Below are positions 42,966 to 54,559 of a DNA stretch of 64,000 bases, piece by piece. Every line of letters begins with the position of its first letter. Position 1 is the stretch's first letter. Source of the DNA: Eledone cirrhosa. Taxonomy: Eukaryota. Under the pieces are notes generated by a model. The model worked only from the letters and a program-made list of their open reading frames with translations, made no database searches and had not been told where the DNA came from. A program made the position numbers and the translations under genes. The DNA is taken from positions 74,772,001-74,836,000 of the forward strand of contig OZ024744.1 of NCBI GenBank assembly GCA_964016885.1. Reading direction: 5' to 3'.

Positions 42966-43821
42966 GTAGTAACAAAATGATGTGAGGGTCACAATTCAAA
43001 TGCTTTTAATCTTAGATTTGCTCTATCAACATATAGATGGTATAGTGTGAAATGTATTGTCTGATTAGATGGCCGTTGCTGGTATGTTTATGAAGATAGA
43101 ATACTTAGATGAGTGTTTACTTGGGGCTAATTAACAACTTCTATTGTTTAATTTTACTATCTTTATTCTAATGCATTTTCTGCGAAATGGCAAAGCTGAA
43201 GTCGCTAAATTTGAACACTTAAATATTCTCCTTATACTCTGTGGGATAAATCGTGTTCATTTCTCCATAAAAAGTTGAATTTCGCATAGTTAAAGGAAAT
43301 GTCGTAAATTTATAAGTTATGAAGGCAACATCAAATTTAAAAAGGACCAAAGATTTTGATTATTTGAACGCAAATTTATTTATAACTTTGAAAAGCTAGA
43401 AATTATTTGCGATTTGAAATCTATTTGATTTATAAATGTGAATTACAAAAATACAACAAAGGTTATGAAACTAAAGTTTTGCTGTGAAAGGTTATGCAGA
43501 AAGTGATGAAACTGTGACACAAGAAGAGGTTTATTAAATAACTTTTTGAAGAATATGTTTGGAAAAATGGCAATGGTTAACGATTTAATAAATAATTAGT
43601 TTCAATGAAGTTTTAATATTCACACATGAATAAAAGTAAAATGAAAATGATGGCAAGAGAAATACTTTGTATTGATTATAACTGTCTTGTGCTTACGTTC
43701 CAAGCAGTTTTGAAAATATAGAATTTCTGTGGGATAAAGTAATTCTCAAATAAATCTCTCTCTGTATATCTCACTTCAATTTCTTTCTTTCTTCTAACTC
43801 CCTTCTGCCGTTCTTTCCCTC

Positions 43822-43824
<3 letters not shown>

Positions 43825-43892
<68 letters not shown>

Positions 43893-44200
43893 CTCTTTGC
43901 TCACTCACTCAATTTCGCTTTCCCTCCTTCTCTCTCTCTTTCTCTCTCTCTCTCCCTCTCTCTCTCTCTCTCTTTCTCTTAGGCTCTCACTCACGCAATC
44001 ACTCACTCACTTTTTCTCTCCCTCCCCCTGTCTATCTCTCACTTTCTTTTGCTTAGACACTCGCTCACTCACTCACTTTCTCTTTCCCCCCTCTCTCTTT
44101 CTCTCTCTCACTCTCTTTCACGTAGACTTTCAATCACTCACTTCCCCCCCTCTCTCTCTTTCTCTCTCTCTCTCTATATCTCTCTCTCTCTCTCTCTCTT
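43825..44200. repeat. (CT)n low-complexity tract
   Basis: Direct reading. Confidence 0.9.
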
Positions 44201-44724
44201 TCCATCTAGAAGATTAACTAATATCCTAAATGTCAAAATACAAGATAGTAAAAAAGGTCCTACGACAACTTCCGTTGGTTCATAGAGATTTAAAAAAAAA
44301 AAAATAATAACAAGGCAACATAACTCTGTTTACTCTATCGTAACTAAAGCAAGGTTTAGAAATAACAGATACCTGAAAAAAAGAAAGAAGACAAAAAATA
44401 TGTTTGGTTTCATGGAAAGAGTATATAAATACTTCAGGAGGAAATATAACGGTGCCAAGTCTTCTAGAAATATTAGGCATAAAATATTTCAATGTTGAAA
44501 GTCTGTTTTGCATACAAATACATGGTTTTCTTTTCGAGAGAGCTTACAGCAGTAAATGTGGAGAGACATGGCTAATGTAAAATTAAAATACAAATATGAT
44601 ATTACACTACTGCTATTGAAAGAAAATCATACGTCTATTTGGTGAGCTTATGCTCTCTATGCATACACACACAAATATAAACATATATATGTGTATATGT
44701 ATGTATGTAAATACACACACACAC

Positions 44725-44785
<61 letters not shown>

Positions 44786-45064
44786 TATATATCTTAATAT
44801 TGTATATGTATATATATATATGTATGTATGTTTTTATCTATGTATACACACACACATATACATATATATATATATACATATATACATATATACATATATA
44901 CATATATATATATATATACATATAAACAGATATATATATATATATATATATATACTTATATACATATATACATATATACATATATATAGATACGCCCATA
45001 TGTATATATACATACATATATACATATGTGCGTATCTGTATATATGTATATATGTATATATGTA

Positions 45065-45133
<69 letters not shown>

Positions 45134-45520
45134 GTATATGTGTGTGTGTGTATATATACATATATAAAAAATACATACATGTATATATATATATATATAG
45201 TAATAATAATAAATTTGAAGACTAAAATCCAAAGAGGGCTCGATAAGGATAAATATATATCAAATATATAAGAACCGTAGAGCAAATATTTATTAAAATA
45301 ACAGATTAAAGTTTAAGCAAAATACATATATACATATATATACATATGTTCATTGCAATGCTAAATAGTGAGCATTGCTACTTTGGAGTTTTGCCAATGA
45401 ATAATATTTAAACTCTACTTCGATATTGAGTACTGAGTACTCTTTTCTCTCAGTCGTCAACTACGTGCGGATTATGCCCATCTCCTCAGTCTTTCTATTT
45501 CTTCTTTAATTTCTCATTCT

Positions 45521-45558
45521 TTCTTCTGATGAGGGACTAGTATCTGAAACGTAAAGAT
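45521..45558 (+). ncRNA. Minimal type I hammerhead (GAAACGUA)
   Basis: UCUU-CUGAUGA-GGGACUAGUAUCU-GAA-ACGU-A-AAGA. Confidence 0.72.
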
Positions 45559-45649
45559 CCTCTTCTTGCTATTTCAAAAATTAAAGTAATATATTCTTTC
45601 ATGTATGGTGCCGTTTATTTTGTTATTTTTTGTTATTTCTGTCTGACTT

Positions 45650-45746
<97 letters not shown>

Positions 45747-46181
45747 AGTACAGTATATTCGAAGTTCGATCAGCAGCTAAGCCAACGAATGCCTTCAGCA
45801 GTGCAGCCAAGCACTCGACAAGGAATAGACCTCAGAGTAATAACATACAGTTTGGCTTTCCAAATTGAAAATAGCGACCACTATTTCAGCCGCGTGATCT
45901 GTAGCAACGAAAGAACTGACTAGTGAGAAAAGGATATGCACACACACACACACACACATACACACACATACATATATACATATATGAATATACATACATA
46001 CATATATGCACATATCTGTATATATAACATACCTGGACCATCACTTCAAAATTACTGAATATCTAAGTGAGGTTTCTGTAAATCCGAAATCAACAAAATC
46101 CGCTTGTGGTGTATACAAGTTAGGCATCGGGAATATCGAACAGAGGAATTTACTTTCTCAACAGGCTTTCGTTCTAACCCA

Positions 46182-46215
<34 letters not shown>

Positions 46216-46632
46216 CGGGTCACTCTTGAGTGTTACTGGTAACATGTAACCCAGTGCAACTGGTCGGGTCGTCCGCGACTAAACCGGCAACCCCACCAAG
46301 TTTACTTGGTGAGGAGGGTGATTTTGGACAACCTGCAGGACAAAAAACAAAACCTGACAACGGCCATCCAAATGTGTGTAAATATGTATATACACATGTA
46401 CCGCGCGGTTAAACCGCTGGGAGTGAAGTACCCCTAGCCTTCTAGGAGAAGGCAACTCAGGAAACTGGGATAACTCCGATATAAAACTTGCGGCTCAGTA
46501 GTTACCGATGATATTGATCTTTTCTCCACTTAAAAAAATATATTCATGCATTGCACGATAGAATTAATTAATAATTATTAAAAATGGAATATCGTGTAAT
46601 GGCTATACTCGATAACGCGGGGTAGCCATCAT
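46216..46632 (+). mobile_element. RTE-derived non-autonomous element, internally deleted
   Basis: Same 5' and 3' blocks as 37527-38122. Confidence 0.72.
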
Positions 46633-46641
46633 ATATATATA

Positions 46642-46737
<96 letters not shown>

Positions 46738-46755
46738 TATTAAATAACAGATTAA

Positions 46756-46806
46756 AGTTTAAGCAAAGAATCGCTGCTTTCACCCTTAACGGGATCTTCT
46801 GAAACT
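46756..46806 (-). ncRNA. Hammerhead-like fold with CAGAAGA (U4A) core in a TA-flanked ~275-bp element (46736-47010)
   Basis: AGUUU-CAGAAGA-U CCC GUUAA GGG U-GAA-AGCA GCGAUUCUU UGCU-U-AAACU. Confidence 0.68.
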
Positions 46807-47005
46807 AACAAAGTCAATCTGTAAACGCAGAACTGGATACTTCAAAAAACGTTGCAACCGGAGGAAGACAGGAAGACGATAGTTTGGTTCGTGGAAACGT
46901 TCGCTGGCAAAGAACGGGAAAAAACGAATTACACGTCATTAATAAGAGCGGTGAAAAACAATTACGCCCTCTTTGGATTTTAGTCTTCAGTTTTATTATT
47001 ATTAC

Positions 47006-47045
<40 letters not shown>

Positions 47046-47136
47046 CGGAGGAAATTTGGTAAGGAACCAGGTGGACTATAACGCACCAAAGTACTCAATA
47101 CTTAGGGTAGTAGAGTGGGTAATAGGAACGAGTAGG

Positions 47137-47232
47137 ACCCCGACGGCTGAGCTCAAGCCGTTTCAACGGCTAATTCTGGACTAAATGAAAATTTTTATCC
47201 TGGTATTTGAATAGCCGAGCTTCTCAAGGGGT
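47137..47232 (-). ncRNA. Type I hammerhead with UUGAGAA (U3-A8) core
   Basis: ACCCC-UUGAGAA-G CU CGGCUA UUC..GAA U UAGCCG UU-GAA-ACGGCU UGAGCUC AGCCGU-C-GGGGU. GUC triplet. Confidence 0.8.
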
Positions 47233-47289
47233 AATTCCATATATGGTAAAAGTGATTGTCACAAGGATTGGTAAAAAATTAGAAACAAT

Positions 47290-47480
47290 TATTTCACGAT
47301 TTTTAAACATGGCGGGACCCATCTCATCTCCAGATCTGAATTCTGCAGATTTCTTCCAGGGAAGTATAGAGAGTGTGGGAAAGAAAGTGAGAAAGAGATA
47401 TAGAGGAAGACTGGTAATTTTTTATCGACCTCGAATGGATGAAAGGCAAAGTGGATATCAGAGGAATTGAAACTCTGCAT
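47290..47480 (-). mobile_element. SINE copy
   Basis: Reverse complement of TTTGCCTTTCATCC..GAGGTCGATAAAAA. Confidence 0.6.
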
Positions 47481-47824
47481 CAATGGACTGCTTTTCTATA
47501 ACTTGTTACGGATGAGAGGAGCTTATCTGCAACCCCGAAGGTCCCCCTTCGTTCCTGCCCCTATTATTCCCACTTAAGAAATCTCCGAGGGTACTCTACA
47601 TTCCGTTTTCAGAAAAGATGGTGATTCCGAGCATGTCGTAGGGCGGATTAGTTGAAAACATAAGAAAAATCCTAGGAAATCTCTTCACTATCCCCAGCTC
47701 GTGTTTTTCTATAAATATAATCTGCAGAGGGGTGCTTAGCTGTAACTCCAAGAGTCCCCCTCTCTTCCCGCCTCTGTTTTTAGAAAAGGAGACGTTGGCG
47801 AGTGATCGGTGGAAAACAAACGAA

Positions 47825-47930
47825 GAACCTTCCGTGTTGGAAGTCGGACACCTCGTCGGACATAATTTGTTGTAGCGCAAACAAGGCAGCATCGGAACTA
47901 TTGTTGATGTATTTGCACGCATACTTTATA
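47825..47930 (-). mobile_element. Small Helitron Rep fragment
   Basis: IKYACKYINNSSDAALFALQQIMSDEVSDFQHGR, homologous to 32025-32130. Confidence 0.7.
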
Positions 47931-48736
47931 GGTGCAAACCTCTCCTGGCTCCCATTCTGTTTTCGGGGGTGGGCGGGGCAAAAGAGGATTGTAAGCATGT
48001 CGAAGGTCAGATTAGTTGAAAATACATGAAAAAACAGAGGATTTTTTTTCTTCGTGATCCCCAGCGGGTGCTTTTCTATAAATTTAAAAGTCTGAGAAGT
48101 GCTTATTAGTAACACCGTTTTCGGAAAAACGGAATTGTTGACGAGTAAGTCAGATGTAAGATCAGTCGAAAACAAAAGAAAAAAGCTAGAAGAGAAAAAA
48201 AAATTCCAACTGAAGAAAACATCGGGCTTAGAAAATCCGAGTGCAAATCCACTCAAGCCTGCCCTTTTTGTTTGCGGAGAAAAAGTTGATTATGAGCATG
48301 TCCGAGGTCAGATTACTTCAAAACACACAAAAACCTCAATTATACCAATTTTATTTTAGCGTTATTAGCAGTCAACGTTCAAACAAACAAATTTCCTTTT
48401 TATAAGCATTACAAGCAAGAGAACCCGCCAGAAAGAGCAGTAAAATCTCTTCATCACGTCCCTCCATTCCATCTTCGGAGATAGATCATAATTATTACCA
48501 ACACTCCTCTAACCCCCCCCCCGTGCGTGATACTAATAAGACTCTGAGCCTTGGCTTCCCTGTATTTGTGTTGTCATTAATTTAACTACACACACATACA
48601 CACATACATATATACATACTTCCATACATACATACTTACATGCATACTTACATACATACTTACATACATACTTACATACATATATACAGTCATTCATTCA
48701 TACATACATACATACATACATACATACATACATACA

Positions 48737-48908
48737 TGCTGGCTGCCAACTCGGTTTCGAGTACGGCCACTACTTTATATCCATGTAGGAGAACCCCTTA
48801 CCGATGCGCTGAACGAGTGTGACATTTTAGTCCAGCCAGCGACTTGAAAAACTCCGGTACAAACACTACACTTGTGACAATTATTGACACATAGTGCAGG
48901 GCTCATGG

Positions 48909-48910
<2 letters not shown>
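48737..48910 (-). mobile_element. RTE 3'-end copy with (TATG)n tail
   Basis: Reverse complement of 28510-28690. Confidence 0.8.
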
Positions 48911-48966
<56 letters not shown>

Positions 48967-49539
48967 AACATATAAGGCAGGCTTATGCACGATTTCTTTG
49001 AAAAAATATTAACTCACAAAACTTTGGTTAACCCGATGTTAAACAGAAGACAGTTGCCCAACATGCCAAGCAGTGGGATCAAACACCAATCCATTTAGTG
49101 GCAGAGCGAAATCCTTAGCCATTGTGCGCATGTGTTTTATAGAATTAATCTGTTTACCTGCATTGATAAATTTATAGTTTCATATATGTACGTATTTGTG
49201 TGTATGTATGCGCGTGTAATCATTTTTTCTGTGTGAGTGTGTATGTGCCTGTGCATGTATACATATGTCTGTATGGGATTTTATGTACATAGGTTTATGC
49301 GATAGCATAGTGATTTTCACGCTTAATGGTACATTACATATCCGATAAAACCAAAGAGATACATTTCTGCAGCTCCAGGAGAAAACAAAAACGTTCGTCT
49401 TATTAAAATTAAAAGCATTAATGCAAGCATGTGCCGGTTTAAAACATGTTTTGCAAAGTTTAAATGTATCATGTACGTCATGATATTTACGAGTTATAAT
49501 ATATATATCTATTAGCTACTTTAAATGTTTGTGATACTC

Positions 49540-49790
49540 GGATAGAATGATCCGTGGTGTTCGTTCCGTCTCTCTGCTCTCTGAGTTCAAATCCCACCGA
49601 GATCAACTTTGGCTTTGATCCATTTGAGGTCGATAAAAAAGTACTAGTCTACTATTGTGGTTCGTCCTTCCTCTACATATCCTTCTCATTTTCCCTCTCA
49701 CTTTCTTGCTCTCTCTGGAAGAAATCTGTTGTAGTCAGGACTGGAGAGGGATGGGTTCTGCCAGGCTTAAAATGTCCAAGAATCGCCGTA
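49540..49790 (+). mobile_element. tRNA-derived SINE
   Basis: CTGAGTTCAAATCCCACCGAGATCAACTTTGGCTTT..GGTCGATAAAA. Confidence 0.7.
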
Positions 49791-52215
49791 TGTCAATATA
49801 GCGCCTCTGCGACTCCATCAGTAGTTTAAGGATGATACCATTCTGGAGGTGCATTTGATCTTATTTTGTTTTTATAAAGCACTATATACGAAATAAACAA
49901 ATCACAAACTGGCAAGAATTGAAAATATATAGTATGTCTTCAATATATAATATTTGTCCATTGAAACTTCTGAAAGAAGTCGTCACCAGTGTAACTGATA
50001 CAAGTTATTATACATCACACATCACTACCATGATACTATCGTACTAACACTATTTTACAAAAGACACCAATTTTGCGACGCTCACACACTAATATTACCA
50101 TAGAACAAACCAGCACTACCATACAAAACGCCAACACATCATCAACCTTACTATACTCTCTACTAGCACTAACATAAAACACTCAATTCTAACAATAGTA
50201 TATAACACACCAACGCTACCACATAAACCCCATAAAAACCCTACATCTAAATATCTAAACACCCTGCAAACACCCGCAGATATTCCATCAACAATTCTAT
50301 ATAACACAACGACGATCGGGACAGACTTTGGGCTAAGCAACACCAAATATCTATAAAAATATGAGAAATAATAGTCAAACATCATTACTCAAATTATACG
50401 AACTCGAACGGCGTGGAAGGACAAACTCTAGCAAAAGTCACCACGTAGTCCTAGCAGACAAAATGGAGAAAGCACTGCCTCTGCGGTTAGCCAGGGAGAT
50501 ACCTTGGCTTAGTGATAACAACTCATGGGGGTCACGTATTTCCGGTGGCCAACTCCACCTTTATAACAGTAAGGGTACCAAAAAACGCCAGAAGTCTCCA
50601 TAGCTTACAGCTTCAATGACAAGCGTAATTGAATGGGGCCGATACTTCAACAGTTTGTCGCTGAAAGCACCAACGAAGGATGCTTTACGTGCTCACTTGA
50701 ACTGCAGTATGCCCGTCAAATGCCCATCCAGTTTCATCCTATTATCTTAAATATTTAATTATATATCCGATATTATAGTTTAAATTGTTCAACATAAAGA
50801 AGAGTGAGTCACTCACACCTTGGCTAACCAATGACATCAACTCTATAATATAATACCCTTTACTTTACATCATATCAGATATGCAGATAAGAGAATCCTA
50901 TGCGTAGCTGCTCGACCAGCTAGACATGGTAATCAAATATAGTTTAAATCATGTCGATAAAATCGAAATCATATTTAAAAAAAAAAAAAAAATGACGGTT
51001 ACGATCAAAGGTTTACTTCATGAAACCCGAAGTGATGACTAAACTACTACAACGATAACAAAACTACTACAATACCATTAAACTAACGCTACACAATGTA
51101 TCCCCCTTTTTAAAGAGCTGTAACATGCTTAAACATGTTACTGTATGCTACATGTTTAACTTTGATATGAAAGTTCAAATTGCTTGAATTACCAACGAAC
51201 TTTTTATCAATTCTAGCTAGCTATCTTATCTTGGTATTTATATATATTCATTTCGTGTAAATATACTACAGAAGATATATTGAAACTATTTCTGAATGGA
51301 AGCCTTAAGAAAGAAGACTTACATGGATATACAACCTTAATTCTTGCTTGGTTGCTCATTTTCATTAAGCTTATTTTCAGCAAGTACACTTGAAAACATA
51401 CTCTCTCATTATCTAACATGGTATCGCTCTCTCATACTCACACTAAGATACATTTTCCTTTACTTTCACTCTCTCTCTCTCACTCTTTCTCTCTCTCTCT
51501 TACTCTCTCTCTCACTCTCTCAAACACTTTTTGTCTGCCTCCCACTCTCACACACAGATACACACACATGTGTGAGTTGATAATCCTGCCTCCATTTTAA
51601 TGCATTTCTATAATAATATTATATTTTATTGGTTTTTAAATATATTTTGGGGATAAAACAATGAATGGATGTTGAGGTACTTCTATTTCAATAGGTCATA
51701 CACACTTGTAGGTTATACTTCTTTATCTTGTTGTCTTCTACTTGCTCTACCACCAATGCATCGTACTGTTTACTATAATCTACTTCTCTTAAACACTTAA
51801 TCTGATTATCATTTGCATGACTAACACAAACTTTTAACTTCTCAAGTGTATACTAGATGTCACGTTTTAATATAAACTTATATTTTCTTGATTTCTCTCA
51901 TGATTGTTACTTATTTGCGAGTAACCATTTGAGATCGAGCCGAAAGGTTAATTTTATTTTCGTTTGTGTCGTTATGACATTTTTTTTTTTAAAGATTTAC
52001 TTTTAAGTTTTCCCTCAGATTTATTTTTGCACCAGCGCAATTATGAAAATGAATTTGATTTATGTTTTCAATAATTTGTTATTTAATAGATATTTTCTTT
52101 CAAGAGGTTCCAGTGTAACTCATTTAATCATTGACTCATTTAATGATGTGAACCAATGTCTTACAAAATCGCGCTTCCACTTTTTTGCTTTGTTTTGTTC
52201 TTTTCTTTTGTTGGA

Positions 52216-52570
52216 GACATTGAGGGGTCATGGGCATGTTGTTAAAATGTCTCAGGAATGAATAGGTGGACTGATTTAACGGTAAAAACCTACCGGCAGG
52301 AGACTCAGAGGTAGACCCCCCGAGCAAGGTGGTTGGATAACATCCAGGAGCTTGGCTGGTCACACAATGGGGGTCCAGCCGGATCATTTGGAGACGGTTA
52401 CTTCTGACAGGACACGCTGGAAGGAGTGTTTGAGGACTCTTTCCGCACGTCACTCTCAGGTATAGGTTGGCGCAGAAGAAGAAGAAGAAGAAGAAGAAGA
52501 AGAAGAAGAAGAAGAAGAAGAAGAAGAAGAAGAAGAAGAAGAAGAAGAAGAAGAAGAAGAAGAAGAAGAA
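52216..52570 (+). mobile_element. RTE LINE 3' fragment with (GAA)n tail
   Basis: GHVVKMSQE..PTGRRLRGRP..RWLDNIQELGW, then about 30 GAA units. Confidence 0.78.
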
Positions 52571-53722
52571 TACAGAAATATATTATAAGTCCGCGACGTT
52601 CGGTGCCTAATGCGGTCCCTAAGGCAGTGAAAATTTGAAATATCTTTTGCTCAAATCAGTCACAAGACCATACGTATTACATGTGTAAAGTTTGAAAAAA
52701 AGTCGGTTGCGTGGTTCTCTAGTTTTAAGGTATCAGACAAACAGACATTCTCTGTTTTAGATATATAGATAATTGTATATTCGTGTACAGATATTTTTGC
52801 ATACACAATAACAAAATATACACAGCAGCAAAAAACAACAACAAAAAATAGAGGGAACGCAATTACATGCTTTTGAAAAGTCGTAATGGAAAATTATTTG
52901 CCTATTCACCCAAGGCGACTTCACTTTTTATTAGGACTTCTGCATCAATTGGTGAACATACAACGAAACATTGAAAGGAGTAAGAACACACCACTCTCCA
53001 CCACTGCAGTCCCACATGCTTACTGCTCTGTAACTATTGCTTTCATTGTACCATAGCACAACAAATACATGTTCGGTTTGTCGAATGCCTTTTTACTTAA
53101 CCCAAATCGTCTTGATTTTCGTGGGTTGAACATTTTTCTCTCAAGCACCCAATTAAGTTAAACCCCTGGTAATCTACGACGAATTTTTTTCATAAGCACA
53201 AAATGTAGACACCAATCGAGGCCGAGGTATTCCGTACTTCTCTGTACTGTTTCAGAAAGGATGGATAAACAAGCAAATCTATGTTTAGAAGCCCGAGCAA
53301 CGCTGGGCCCTTCTGCTAATCTATATATCTAAAACAGAGATTGTCTGTCTGTCTGACTCCCTAAAACTCGAGAACCACCAAACCGATTTTTTTCAACCTT
53401 TACGCATGTAATACTTATCGTCGTGTGAGTGTTTTGATCATAAAGTATTTCAAATTTTCAAAAGCCTAGGGACCGCATTAGGAGCCGGTAACGATCTCTC
53501 TCTGTCTTTCTAAGTCTGTCTTTTTAGATATGACGTCGCGCCCTTATAATATAATATCTGTCTGTATGTCTGGTTGTCTGCATTATGACATTATGACACT
53601 ATCTCTGTGTGTGTATATATATATATATATGTATATATAGTGTGTGTATATATATAGTGATTGATTTTTTTAGTTTCAGAAGATCCCGTTAAGCGATTCT
53701 TCGCTTAAACTTTAATCTGTTA

Positions 53723-53800
<78 letters not shown>

Positions 53801-54091
53801 TATATTCGTGTACAGATATTTTTGCATACACAATAACAAAATATAAACAAACGTATTTATTTCACAAGGCTCGACAGCAGCAAAAACATCAACAATAAAG
53901 AAAGGGAACGCAATTACATGCTTTTGAAAAATCTTAATGAAAAATGTTTGCCTATTCATCCAAAGCGACTTCACTTTTTATTAGGACTTCTGCATCAATT
54001 GGTGAACATACGAAGAAACTGTTTCAGAAAGGAGGGATAAACATGCCAATCTATGTTTAGAATCCCGAGCAATGCCGGGCCATTCTGCTAG
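52571..54091 (+). mobile_element. Non-autonomous Helitron cluster: inverted 5' half (52571-52769), 3' half (52770-53319), full copy (53320-54091)
   Basis: 5' TCTATATATCTAAAACAGAGA..(TGTC)n; 3' CCCGAGCAA(C/T)GC(T/C)GGG hairpin plus CTAA (53316-19) or CTAG (54088-91). Confidence 0.8.
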
Positions 54092-54559
54092 ACGTATTAA
54101 ATTAGAACTTCTTCAAAGAAAAAAAAATGTAGAACCATTGAATGATAGTTTATTGAAAATATAACGTTTACCTGTAATGTTTATCTCTGCTTCTACAGAA
54201 TTTAGAATGTCTCGGTTTCAGAGGATTCCTTAAAAGGATGAATTGCAAAGATTCTGTTGTTAAACTTTTAAATATGTTCAAAGGATAATCATAATAATAA
54301 GTGTCAGGTGGTCGGCATTTTGTGCTAGAGTTGTCACTGAAATACTGTAGTAATTTGATATCTTCCTCATTACATCTCGCTATCTCTCTCTCTCTCACGC
54401 ACAAACGCACATGCACATAAACACACAAACACATGCACACACACACATATACACACATACACACACATACACACACACATAACAGTATTCACAAGATGGT
54501 CAGCAGCAAGCGATAGTTGTCTACCGGTGTGTCGAACAATAAAAGCAATAATTTATATC

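Noticed and set aside
44330-44575. Possible minus-strand micro-exons (AG..GTAAG)
   Set aside because: Splice-like dinucleotides only, with no recognisable protein. RNA-seq would be needed.
54168-54476. Minus-strand ORF ending at a donor-like CAG|GTAA
   Set aside because: It starts in (TG)n and has no acceptor tract or domain similarity.
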